From a virus, in the IMG/VR virus record IMGVR_UViG_3300029882_000002: a stretch of DNA of 64,000 nt; one strand, written 5' to 3'. Shown one piece after another: positions 55,905 to 62,870 of this stretch. The position numbers and the translations under genes are program-made. Under the pieces are notes generated by a model that was given only the letters and a program-made list of their open reading frames with translations, did not search any database and was not told the DNA's origin. The stretch's first letter is position 1. Each line of letters begins with the position of its first letter.

Positions 55905-56342
55905 TCACGCAACGCTGATAATTTTTGTTTTATTTCCTATGTCCTCTAATTCTACTTCGTGCTCACCTTTACTGAAATGATTGACCTCGGCGGACCTAGC
56001 CTTTGCCCAGTCGTTTGCATAAAGCTTGGCCTCAACGTCTTTTAACGGCGCGTCAACGATCACGAAGTCCTCGTTGTCCGGACGTTCATACGCATACTGC
56101 AGTGTATTTACCCAACCCTCGAAAGCATCTGCTTCCATCTTGGAGACCGCGACTAGGCGTAAGGCTGCTTCAACTTTAGTGCTACCTGTCATTTTGTGAT
56201 AAATATAATTAGTCAAAGCATAGGGCTCTTTCTTGCCGCTGCTTTTCTTGGCCTTATCCTCAGCGTCCTTCCATTTATGTTCAAGACTTTTCTTGCTACC
56301 TTTGCCTTGTTTTACGTCATGTTTAATTATGTTATTGGGCAT
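55905..56342 (-). CDS. hypothetical protein with Lys-rich N-terminus and internal AAxRL tag
   Basis: Start placed at ATG 56342 (GGAG RBS). The tag TKVEAALRLVAV is encoded at 56145-56180. Confidence 0.6.
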   Translation of the reverse strand: MPNNIIKHDVKQGKGSKKSLEHKWKDAEDKAKKSSGKKEPYALTNYIYHKMTGSTKVEAALRLVAVSKMEADAFEGWVNTLQYAYERPDNEDFVIVDAPLKDVEAKLYANDWAKARSAEVNHFSKGEHEVELEDIGNKTKIISVA

Positions 56343-56377
56343 TGTTGAGACTCCAATCAACTTAGTAAAATCGCTGA

Positions 56378-56632
56378 TTAATCTTTATACGCACAATATA
56401 GAAAACGAACGTTGCGATTTTTCGGCGTACCATCTTTATTTTCTAGACGCTCAGCTAACAAGGTGTAATCTGAATTATCGATATCAAAAGGAACATCAAT
56501 GTAGATGCAACCCATGTAGTCAACATAACCACTATTCTCCGCAGGTCCGCACTCGATCCAGCTCAGGTTCCTGAGTTCTAACCAGGAAATTAGGTCAAGC
56601 CTAGGCTTATACTTGTTGTATTTAGCTTCCAA
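56378..56632 (-). CDS. hypothetical protein
   Basis: 84-aa ORF with only a TTG start available and no clear RBS. Confidence 0.45.
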   Translation of the reverse strand: MEAKYNKYKPRLDLISWLELRNLSWIECGPAENSGYVDYMGCIYIDVPFDIDNSDYTLLAERLENKDGTPKNRNVRFLYCAYKD

Positions 56633-56685
56633 AATACAGGGGAGCGCGCAACCAAACTAGTTATTCTAAAATTGCGAACCCGAGA

Positions 56686-56722
56686 TAAAAAAGAAAAAGG
56701 GTGGAATTTTTAGTTCCACCCT
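56686..56722 (-). terminator. rho-independent terminator (minus strand)
   Basis: Stem AGGGTGGAA / TTCCACCCT (56698-56722), followed on the minus strand by TTTTTCTTTTTT. Confidence 0.75.
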
Positions 56723-56746
56723 CCTTTACCACACAATAATTAAGAG

Positions 56747-57643
56747 TTATTCATTTATCAACGTTTTCGACCAAACCTTAAGTTCCTCTTCTTCGTCATA
56801 GTCTTCATCCGCAGCTTCGTCATCTTCATCTTCGTCAGTATCTAGTCCTTCGGCATGAAGAATGTCGGTCATCGGGTTACACAGCAATTCTTCACCGATA
56901 ACAGAGAAATCATTAACCAACTGTGACACACCTTCGTATTCAGTAATCAGTTCTTGGGTACCGAACAAGGTGGCATAAATATGCTGTTCGGGTGGCATGA
57001 AATTCGGACCTTTCTCGACTTTGCCTGTTGCCTCGTTCTTGATAGGCAACCCGTTCTCGTCGAGCTTGGTAAAGTTCGAACCCATAATACAGGCCAGCAT
57101 AGACTCCAAAGGAATACCATACTTCAGACTTTCGCTGCGGATGTAGACTACCATGTCACCGAGCCAATCGCCCAAGGCTACAAGTATCTGGCGCTCGACT
57201 TCTGTGGTGCCATCGTCATTGAATTGGAAGCCTGTGCTCTTGTCATGCAGGTAGGCTTTCATGAATGTCTCTGCCGTGGCCTTAGCACGTTTCGCCGACA
57301 CGCCGTTGCTGGTCGCCAAATTAGTTACGTCTTGCTCGGTGATGTCCACATTTTCATGTGATGCACGACGGGCCTGCATCAGGGCTAGAATTTCATGACC
57401 CTCGCTGATCTCATCGCTAAGTACACCAAGAAACTTTTGAAGTCTGGCTTCCGGGGGCTCGTTCAGGTATTCGTCCTTGATCGTCGGGCTTTCGTTGATT
57501 GGCAGCGTGTACATTGTGTTCATGCGGACAATGCACCAGGGGAAATACTGGCCGAAAGACAGACCGGTGGCCTGGAATTCATTGGCCGACGAGCCAACGA
57601 CGTGGTGATAGGTTTTCAGATCCATGCTATTAATGTTTGTCAT
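56747..57643 (-). CDS. MazG-like nucleoside triphosphate pyrophosphohydrolase with acidic tail
   Basis: SDEISEGHE (E-x-x-E) and LGDWLGDMVVY ... GIPLESMLACIMGSNFTKLDENG ... GKVEKGPNFMPPE resemble all-alpha NTP pyrophosphatases. C-terminal DEDEDDEAADEDYDEEEE tract. Confidence 0.5.
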   Translation of the reverse strand: MTNINSMDLKTYHHVVGSSANEFQATGLSFGQYFPWCIVRMNTMYTLPINESPTIKDEYLNEPPEARLQKFLGVLSDEISEGHEILALMQARRASHENVDITEQDVTNLATSNGVSAKRAKATAETFMKAYLHDKSTGFQFNDDGTTEVERQILVALGDWLGDMVVYIRSESLKYGIPLESMLACIMGSNFTKLDENGLPIKNEATGKVEKGPNFMPPEQHIYATLFGTQELITEYEGVSQLVNDFSVIGEELLCNPMTDILHAEGLDTDEDEDDEAADEDYDEEEELKVWSKTLINE

Positions 57644-57705
57644 CTTTGTTTCTCTTGTTGGGAAGGGTGATTGGTACTCTAACTTTCTTGCTGCTGGTTA
57701 TAAGA

Positions 57706-57948
57706 CTAAGATTGAATATTCGCAGTTACGTAGTCGATAACCTCTTGAACATTACTGAACTTTTCTGCCTCCTCGTTATTGACCTCTAGTTCGAATTCAT
57801 CCTCAATAGCTATCAAAAGTTCGAGCTCGTCTAGGCTGTCGATACCCAAGTCATTGACGAAGTTTGAGGTTGGAAGAACTTCATAGATAGCTAGTCCTAG
57901 CTGTTCAGCTACGATGTTGATGACCCGATCCTGAATACTAGTTTCCAT
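57706..57948 (-). CDS. acyl carrier protein
   Basis: 80 aa, canonical NDLGIDSLDELELLIAIEDEF with the phosphopantetheine-attachment Ser in DSL. AAGGA RBS. Confidence 0.8.
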   Translation of the reverse strand: METSIQDRVINIVAEQLGLAIYEVLPTSNFVNDLGIDSLDELELLIAIEDEFELEVNNEEAEKFSNVQEVIDYVTANIQS

Positions 57949-58008
57949 TTGTTTATCCTTTAGTTGACTTTATTTACTAGGTGTCCTATGCATCAATCAG
58001 TTTCGCAC

Positions 58009-58326
58009 TTAGGCTGTCGATACCCAGGTTGCTGCAGTCTTCATATCGGCTAGGTCCTGGCCGGTGAAACCTCCTATCTGGATTGGAATCGTCCCTGTAA
58101 GTCCACTGAATGTTATGGTCTGTAGTTGTTGAATTTTCAAATGCTTAACTTCGGCTACAGATTTCCCGTCTTTCAAAAATACAAGGTTAACAACCGGCTC
58201 GTCATTAACTTCAGACTGACGATACTGGACGCTCAAGCTATCGAACGATATTTGCATTTTGGATTTCAACTCAGATTCGGCTGAAAGTTGAGCTAGTCCT
58301 GCTCCGGTTATAGTCGGGGATATCAT
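58009..58326 (-). CDS. hypothetical protein
   Basis: 105-aa ORF, ATGA-coupled to the upstream gene. Confidence 0.6.
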   Translation of the reverse strand: MISPTITGAGLAQLSAESELKSKMQISFDSLSVQYRQSEVNDEPVVNLVFLKDGKSVAEVKHLKIQQLQTITFSGLTGTIPIQIGGFTGQDLADMKTAATWVSTA

Positions 58327-58766
58327 AGTATTTGTCCATGTCTGGCAAAGAAATGCTCTACGCGGTTGAGCCAGACTTGACGATCTGACAAATGATTTGG
58401 TTGGTCGTTGTCGGCAATCTTAATCGCGGTTCGTTCCCCCGCAATCCCGCGAATACCAAACAAAATAGTAGTCTCTACTAGACTTATTTTGAAAACGCAG
58501 GCTAGTGCTTCAAAACCGGATAAATACTCACCATTAACTATGCAATAAGGTTTCCCCCGAACATGTCGTTTAAGTCCACGATCATTAAACAAGGGATTAA
58601 CTGCAAGTGTACCAGCGGCACAGGCCAAGGTGCGACACGGGTCAACCATGTGGGGCTGACACCATTTCTCTAGGTCGATATCCTCGTCAGATGTAGTCTT
58701 GATTAGGGCATAAGCATCTCGAAACAAATCCCAGTCAATGTCCTCAGTATCGCGATAATCTTTCAT
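58323..58766 (-). CDS. hypothetical protein
   Basis: 147-aa ORF. Confidence 0.6.
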   Translation of the reverse strand: MKDYRDTEDIDWDLFRDAYALIKTTSDEDIDLEKWCQPHMVDPCRTLACAAGTLAVNPLFNDRGLKRHVRGKPYCIVNGEYLSGFEALACVFKISLVETTILFGIRGIAGERTAIKIADNDQPNHLSDRQVWLNRVEHFFARHGQIL

Positions 58767-58778
58767 GTCAAATATCCT

Positions 58779-59051
58779 TTAAACAATATTTAGATTCAAA
58801 TCTCTGATACGTAAGTTTACCAGTTGCTTGTTCACCTCGGATACTAAATCTTTGACCCTTGATTCCGGAGTAAACAATTTTTCGTCAATCGGGACTTGAA
58901 GTTCGCGCTCTACGGTAAGAGCTAGGTCCAGAATATGGAGAGCATCCAAACCCAAACTCTTGAATGTAGAATCCAGTGTGGCTGCGGAAACACCGAATGC
59001 TATGCCAGCCACGGTGTCAAACACGTAGGCTGCAAGTTCTTGATTGGTCAT
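58779..59051 (-). CDS. acyl carrier protein-like, attachment Ser replaced by Ala
   Basis: FKSLGLDALHILDLALTVERELQVPIDE aligns to the ACP helix II region, but DSL reads DAL. Start placed at ATG 59051 (ATGA overlap, AAGGAA 7 nt upstream). Confidence 0.6.
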   Translation of the reverse strand: MTNQELAAYVFDTVAGIAFGVSAATLDSTFKSLGLDALHILDLALTVERELQVPIDEKLFTPESRVKDLVSEVNKQLVNLRIRDLNLNIV

Positions 59052-59389
59052 GACCATTCCTTAGTCATTATTACGCTGGGGTTTCTTCCCCACCCGTTAT
59101 AACAGTCTTCAATAATTGCTGTTTTTACGTCGATCCACGCTTTCGACCAGTCCCAAGCAATACCATAAGCTTTAACTGTGTCTCCGGTGTAGAAGCCGGA
59201 AGTCACCACACCAGTTATGTCCAAAGAGTAGTCATAATTCTCGGGACACAAATTAGAAAAACGCAGGACCTCGATTTCTGAATAGTTGGTCTCTGACGGA
59301 TTAGAGTACACATAAACTAAAGAAAACGAGTTGACTCCATTTTCAGTAGTCTTTATGAGATGAACATCGGTGTACTGAATTGATAACAT
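59048..59389 (-). CDS. hypothetical protein
   Basis: 113-aa ORF. Confidence 0.6.
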   Translation of the reverse strand: MLSIQYTDVHLIKTTENGVNSFSLVYVYSNPSETNYSEIEVLRFSNLCPENYDYSLDITGVVTSGFYTGDTVKAYGIAWDWSKAWIDVKTAIIEDCYNGWGRNPSVIMTKEWS

Positions 59390-59391
59390 GA

Positions 59392-59643
59392 TCAGTCTTT
59401 GTCCTTACCTTCAATCAGTTTGAAATTCAGATCCGGATCGTCAACTAAATTCTTGATTGCTGCAGATACCCGTCCAGCTTTCTCAAAAGGAATGGTAATA
59501 CCGTTACGACCTATTTTCCAGTCATCCGGTTCTTTCTTAGTCTTGTAGATTTGGCGGATTGAAATACGCTTGGATCCATCTTCGAATTTGATGGCCTCGA
59601 TTCTGAGTCCCGAACTCGGCGTTATTGCAAGTATTTTTGCCAT
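59392..59643 (-). CDS. hypothetical protein, possibly PC4/YdbC-like ssDNA-binding fold
   Basis: 83 aa. The LRIEAIKFEDGSKRISIRQIYKTKK...WKIGRNGITIPFE pattern is reminiscent of PC4-family proteins. Weak, judged by eye. Confidence 0.3.
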   Translation of the reverse strand: MAKILAITPSSGLRIEAIKFEDGSKRISIRQIYKTKKEPDDWKIGRNGITIPFEKAGRVSAAIKNLVDDPDLNFKLIEGKDKD

Positions 59644-59703
59644 GGTTGTTTTCTCTATTTCTAATTTTGAACTAAACCCGATAGAACTCAGCTAAAGGTT
59701 TAC

Positions 59704-59895
59704 CTACGAGTTAGGAGGTCTTTGCTCCTTAACTTTTAAGGCTCCCGGTCCCGCGTACTCGGCGCGGCCGGGTAGAGACTCCCAAGAGTTACCGTTCCTG
59801 ATGGGCTCATACTCGCTCCAGTACCAGCTATCCTGGTCGTACTGGAATAGCCATTCAGCCCAATTCGGGGCATTAGTCCAACTTGGTTTGTCCAT
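59704..59895 (-). CDS. hypothetical Trp-rich small protein
   Basis: 63-aa ORF. Confidence 0.5.
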   Translation of the reverse strand: MDKPSWTNAPNWAEWLFQYDQDSWYWSEYEPIRNGNSWESLPGRAEYAGPGALKVKEQRPPNS

Positions 59896-59923
59896 AAAAT
59901 TCTCCGTAACGTTGAGGCTATGC

Positions 59924-60373
59924 TCAGACCAGGATATGGTTGTTATATCTATGTCGCAAGTAGGCTTCGCGACCGAAGGTCTCCATAGGTGCCCGCTGTT
60001 TTACTAAAGATTCATCAATCAGCACATAACAGGAGTCAATGACAGCCGTGCTTGGAATGGAAAATCCGTTAGAAGCCTTCAACCCGATGTTCCATACTAA
60101 GGCTTGATCGCCATAAGTGTCAAATCCTAATTTGGTGTGAGCATAAATAGGCTGGGCCTCGGGTGCGGATGAGGGAAACCTAAAATCTTGTTGGTGCTTA
60201 GGCACCTTCAACACACGTTCTGTTTCTACTACCTTGATGTAGTTAAGGTGCTTGATTACCGGATACGGCAGACTATAGTGATGGACAATAGCCGGAACTC
60301 CGGATCCATCTAGTATCATCACGTGCTGTTCGTTACTCAATAGTTGCACGACTTCGGAAGTGTGTGAAATCAT
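59924..60373 (-). CDS. hypothetical protein
   Basis: 149-aa ORF. Confidence 0.6.
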   Translation of the reverse strand: MISHTSEVVQLLSNEQHVMILDGSGVPAIVHHYSLPYPVIKHLNYIKVVETERVLKVPKHQQDFRFPSSAPEAQPIYAHTKLGFDTYGDQALVWNIGLKASNGFSIPSTAVIDSCYVLIDESLVKQRAPMETFGREAYLRHRYNNHILV

Positions 60374-60379
60374 AGCTGT

Positions 60380-60778
60380 CTAGTTATTGATGAACTTCAT
60401 TGCTCGCATACGGGCATGCATAGCTTGGCGGAAAACATTTGGGCTTACATCATCCCCGTAAGTTGGCCATTGACAACCGAGAAAGAAATGAGCAAAAGCA
60501 TCTAGTAAGCAATCTACAGTCTCTGTATCTTCTCCGTAATAAGCTAGTTTGATTCGTGCATGAGGATATAAGCTTATAATACCTCGCATCTGGACTTCCG
60601 TCAGATTAAGTCCTACATTTTCCTGGAAAGTCTCGGATGCAAAAACAATATCAGCAGTACTTAATTCTACATTACGATTGTCGAATAAGAAACTATTGAT
60701 ATTCCGGGTTATGTTGAGGAGAACACTAATCTCTTCCTCAGCCTCGTATAAAACTTGGTCAACCGGAATATCAAACAT
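60380..60778 (-). CDS. hypothetical protein
   Basis: 132-aa ORF. Confidence 0.6.
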   Translation of the reverse strand: MFDIPVDQVLYEAEEEISVLLNITRNINSFLFDNRNVELSTADIVFASETFQENVGLNLTEVQMRGIISLYPHARIKLAYYGEDTETVDCLLDAFAHFFLGCQWPTYGDDVSPNVFRQAMHARMRAMKFINN

Positions 60779-60848
60779 GATCTTGTTCCTTATTTACGTT
60801 GTGTATTAACTAAGCAGACAGCTAAAACTAATGATGACTAGTTTGATT

Positions 60849-61541
60849 TCAAGCCTCAATCAACAGCTTCAGTAAGGTATCGCGCTCCCAGAGCCAATGA
60901 GATTCAGCTGAATTGGCTGACAGTGCTAACTCTGCTGATGACCATACTGCTGACCAGTAGGCTGAAAGTGCTGATGACCATACTGCTGAACCTGTTACTG
61001 ACCAGTAGGCTGCTGACAGTGCTGAATCTGCTGCTGACCGGACGATATCGAAAGAACCTGCTGCCCGTGCTGAATGTGCTGCTTCTTTACGCTGGTCCTC
61101 CGTAGCTGTTCCCTCAATCTTTGCCCTGCAATAGTTGATAATCAACTGGAGGGCATCTAGACACTGGACAGCGTAGTCCTCTTTGTTATCTTTTAAGGCC
61201 TCCAGCTGCCGTTCGTGACGGGCAACTGCTAATTTCCATTGGACAGGCTCCAAATCCTTCCCTATGGGGATTGCCTCCAATAAGTCAGTACCAAATTGAG
61301 GAGCCTCTATAGCTGGCAAGCCTTCAAAAATAGAGTCAGCCAAATGTGCTAGCCATTGAGGCCTGATTTGTTTGGCAAAAGATTCATGATTGTATTCGTT
61401 CATTGTACAGCCGATAAAACAGCCACGTCCCCCTGAAAAACCCGTACCTTGGAGTACTTCATCAGCGACACGGTGTTGATCAAAACGCGCTTGAAACATT
61501 TCTTTTACTTTGGGATCGTTTTGATAAGAAAGAATGGTCAT
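60849..61541 (-). CDS. hypothetical protein with C-terminal SA..W(S) heptad-like repeats
   Basis: 230 aa. The C-terminus is SAADSALSAAYWSVTGSAVWSSALSAYWSAVWSSAELALSANSAESHW, encoded by imperfect DNA repeats at about 60900-61045. First gene downstream of the conserved promoter. Confidence 0.65.
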   Translation of the reverse strand: MTILSYQNDPKVKEMFQARFDQHRVADEVLQGTGFSGGRGCFIGCTMNEYNHESFAKQIRPQWLAHLADSIFEGLPAIEAPQFGTDLLEAIPIGKDLEPVQWKLAVARHERQLEALKDNKEDYAVQCLDALQLIINYCRAKIEGTATEDQRKEAAHSARAAGSFDIVRSAADSALSAAYWSVTGSAVWSSALSAYWSAVWSSAELALSANSAESHWLWERDTLLKLLIEA

Positions 61542-61593
61542 GATCTTGTTCCTTTAGTTGGGTTGTTGGTTCACGCTTCAGTGCAGTGATTCC

Positions 61594-61622
61594 AGTATAA
61601 TACAGATTGAAGCTGGTGCCAA
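61594..61622 (-). promoter_or_regulatory. sigma70-like promoter, conserved copy 1
   Basis: Minus strand reads TTGGCA - 17 nt (ccagcttcaatctgtat) - TATACT, with an AT-rich tract upstream of the -35. Lies 46-80 nt upstream of ATG 61541. Confidence 0.6.
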
Positions 61623-61630
61623 CAATTATT

Positions 61631-62083
61631 TTAAATTACGCCAGCGTCCATTAGAGGTGGACGAGTCGCGAACACTCTGTGATTAAGATTAGGGTTCATC
61701 AGGCTCAACGTCACTTTTAACACTGGTCGCTGATCAGGGTACATTTCATCAATAAACAGAATGTGAGAAATGTGCATATTCGGAATGTGATGCTTCAAGT
61801 CCAGCACGTTCATAAACAAAACTTTACGAGCGGTTAAGCGTTGTTCCTTCAGTGAATTCACAGTGAATCGCCACAAATTGTGCATAGCCCTTGGTGCAAC
61901 CACAATTATAGGTGACGACCGGTCAACCGGTACTTGACTCTCTAACGCGTCCAAGACAGCTAGGAAACGAGCCTCACGTTCGGGCGGTGAACCCAGTTCG
62001 TGACCAGCGAATCGCGTGGTATTGTTAGCTAGTTTCTCGATTTCCTGGTCCGTGAGCTTTCGTGGATCTTTGTTTGAGTTCAT
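61631..62083 (-). CDS. hypothetical protein
   Basis: 150-aa ORF, ATGA-coupled to the upstream gene. Confidence 0.6.
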   Translation of the reverse strand: MNSNKDPRKLTDQEIEKLANNTTRFAGHELGSPPEREARFLAVLDALESQVPVDRSSPIIVVAPRAMHNLWRFTVNSLKEQRLTARKVLFMNVLDLKHHIPNMHISHILFIDEMYPDQRPVLKVTLSLMNPNLNHRVFATRPPLMDAGVI

Positions 62084-62313
62084 GCAGGTTCCTCGTTTCC
62101 TTTGTGCTTGTGTTGTTGATTGCTTGCTCGTGTTCGGTGTTTGAGTTTAAGCCAAATCCTGAACATAGGATAACACAAGATCACTATTAAAGAGGCTTGA
62201 CCCAAGCCATACATAAAGGCTAGAACTAAACTGAGCTTCGGGTACATTGGAGCACCGCAGATGCTGGCCGTCAAGAATAGAACAGACAGACAGTAAATTA
62301 GTTTGGACTTCAT
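62080..62313 (-). CDS. small membrane protein
   Basis: 77 aa with two hydrophobic spans and a basic tail. Confidence 0.6.
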   Translation of the reverse strand: MKSKLIYCLSVLFLTASICGAPMYPKLSLVLAFMYGLGQASLIVILCYPMFRIWLKLKHRTRASNQQHKHKGNEEPA

Positions 62314-62316
62314 GGG

Positions 62317-62403
62317 TTATACCTCAATTGTAGTCAAGCAGTAAGCGTGGTATACATCGCGTTTTTTGCGCCCGGTCCCGAGGTAATAAGTTTGATGAAT
62401 CAT
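62317..62403 (-). CDS. possible 28-aa leader ORF
   Basis: ATG at 62401-62403, about 30 nt downstream of promoter copy 2 (MIHQTYYLGTGRKKRDVYHAYCLTTIEV). Its stop is 3 nt before the next ATG. Confidence 0.3.
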   Translation of the reverse strand: MIHQTYYLGTGRKKRDVYHAYCLTTIEV

Positions 62404-62437
62404 GATTTTCCCTTTCGTTAGGACTTTCAATGAATTC

Positions 62438-62466
62438 AGTATAGTAAAGATTGAAGCTGGTGCCAA
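62438..62466 (-). promoter_or_regulatory. sigma70-like promoter, conserved copy 2
   Basis: Minus strand reads TTGGCA - 17 nt (ccagcttcaatctttac) - TATACT. The core is nearly identical to copy 1. Confidence 0.6.
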
Positions 62467-62524
62467 CATTTATATTTAAGTTTCGGTGAAGCTATCCAAA
62501 ACAGCTTCCAAGTCTGCTAGGAGT

Positions 62525-62560
62525 ATTTGCTGTTTTCCAGCAATTTGCTGTTTTCCAGCA
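62525..62560. repeat. perfect 18-bp tandem duplication
   Basis: ATTTGCTGTTTTCCAGCA x2. Each unit contains the small inverted repeat TGCTG ttttc CAGCA. Confidence 0.9.
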
Positions 62561-62566
62561 GTTCGA

Positions 62567-62701
62567 CTATAAATAGTGTCTAAGATGCGTCTCTAGAACT
62601 TGAGTAGCTTTAGCATTGGCATTCGTCGTGTAACAGAAATGCACGAAAGCCATGATCAACAAGAGGGCTATTACAAACCCAAGGGTTTCGTCTGGGGTCA
62701 T
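62567..62701 (-). CDS. possible 44-aa membrane peptide
   Basis: ATGA-coupled to the preceding small ORF: MTPDETLGFVIALLLIMAFVHFCYTTNANAK... Confidence 0.35.
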   Translation of the reverse strand: MTPDETLGFVIALLLIMAFVHFCYTTNANAKATQVLETHLRHYL

Positions 62702-62781
62702 TTTGTCACCACTGCAGCAAGTGCCGATTGTAAATCAGCTATGAGCTTTCGGGCCGTTAGTGCAGAGAGCGTCTCAAGCAT
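62698..62781 (-). CDS. possible 27-aa ORF
   Basis: ATG at 62779-62781, 7 nt after AAGGAG: MLETLSALTARKLIADLQSALAAVVTK. Confidence 0.35.
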   Translation of the reverse strand: MLETLSALTARKLIADLQSALAAVVTK

Positions 62782-62870
62782 GCGAATCTCCTTTTGGTAG
62801 GGAAATGGGGATACCAACAGTGCAGTGAGTAGTATCCCCATTTATTTACTACGTGCTATAATAGGTGTGA

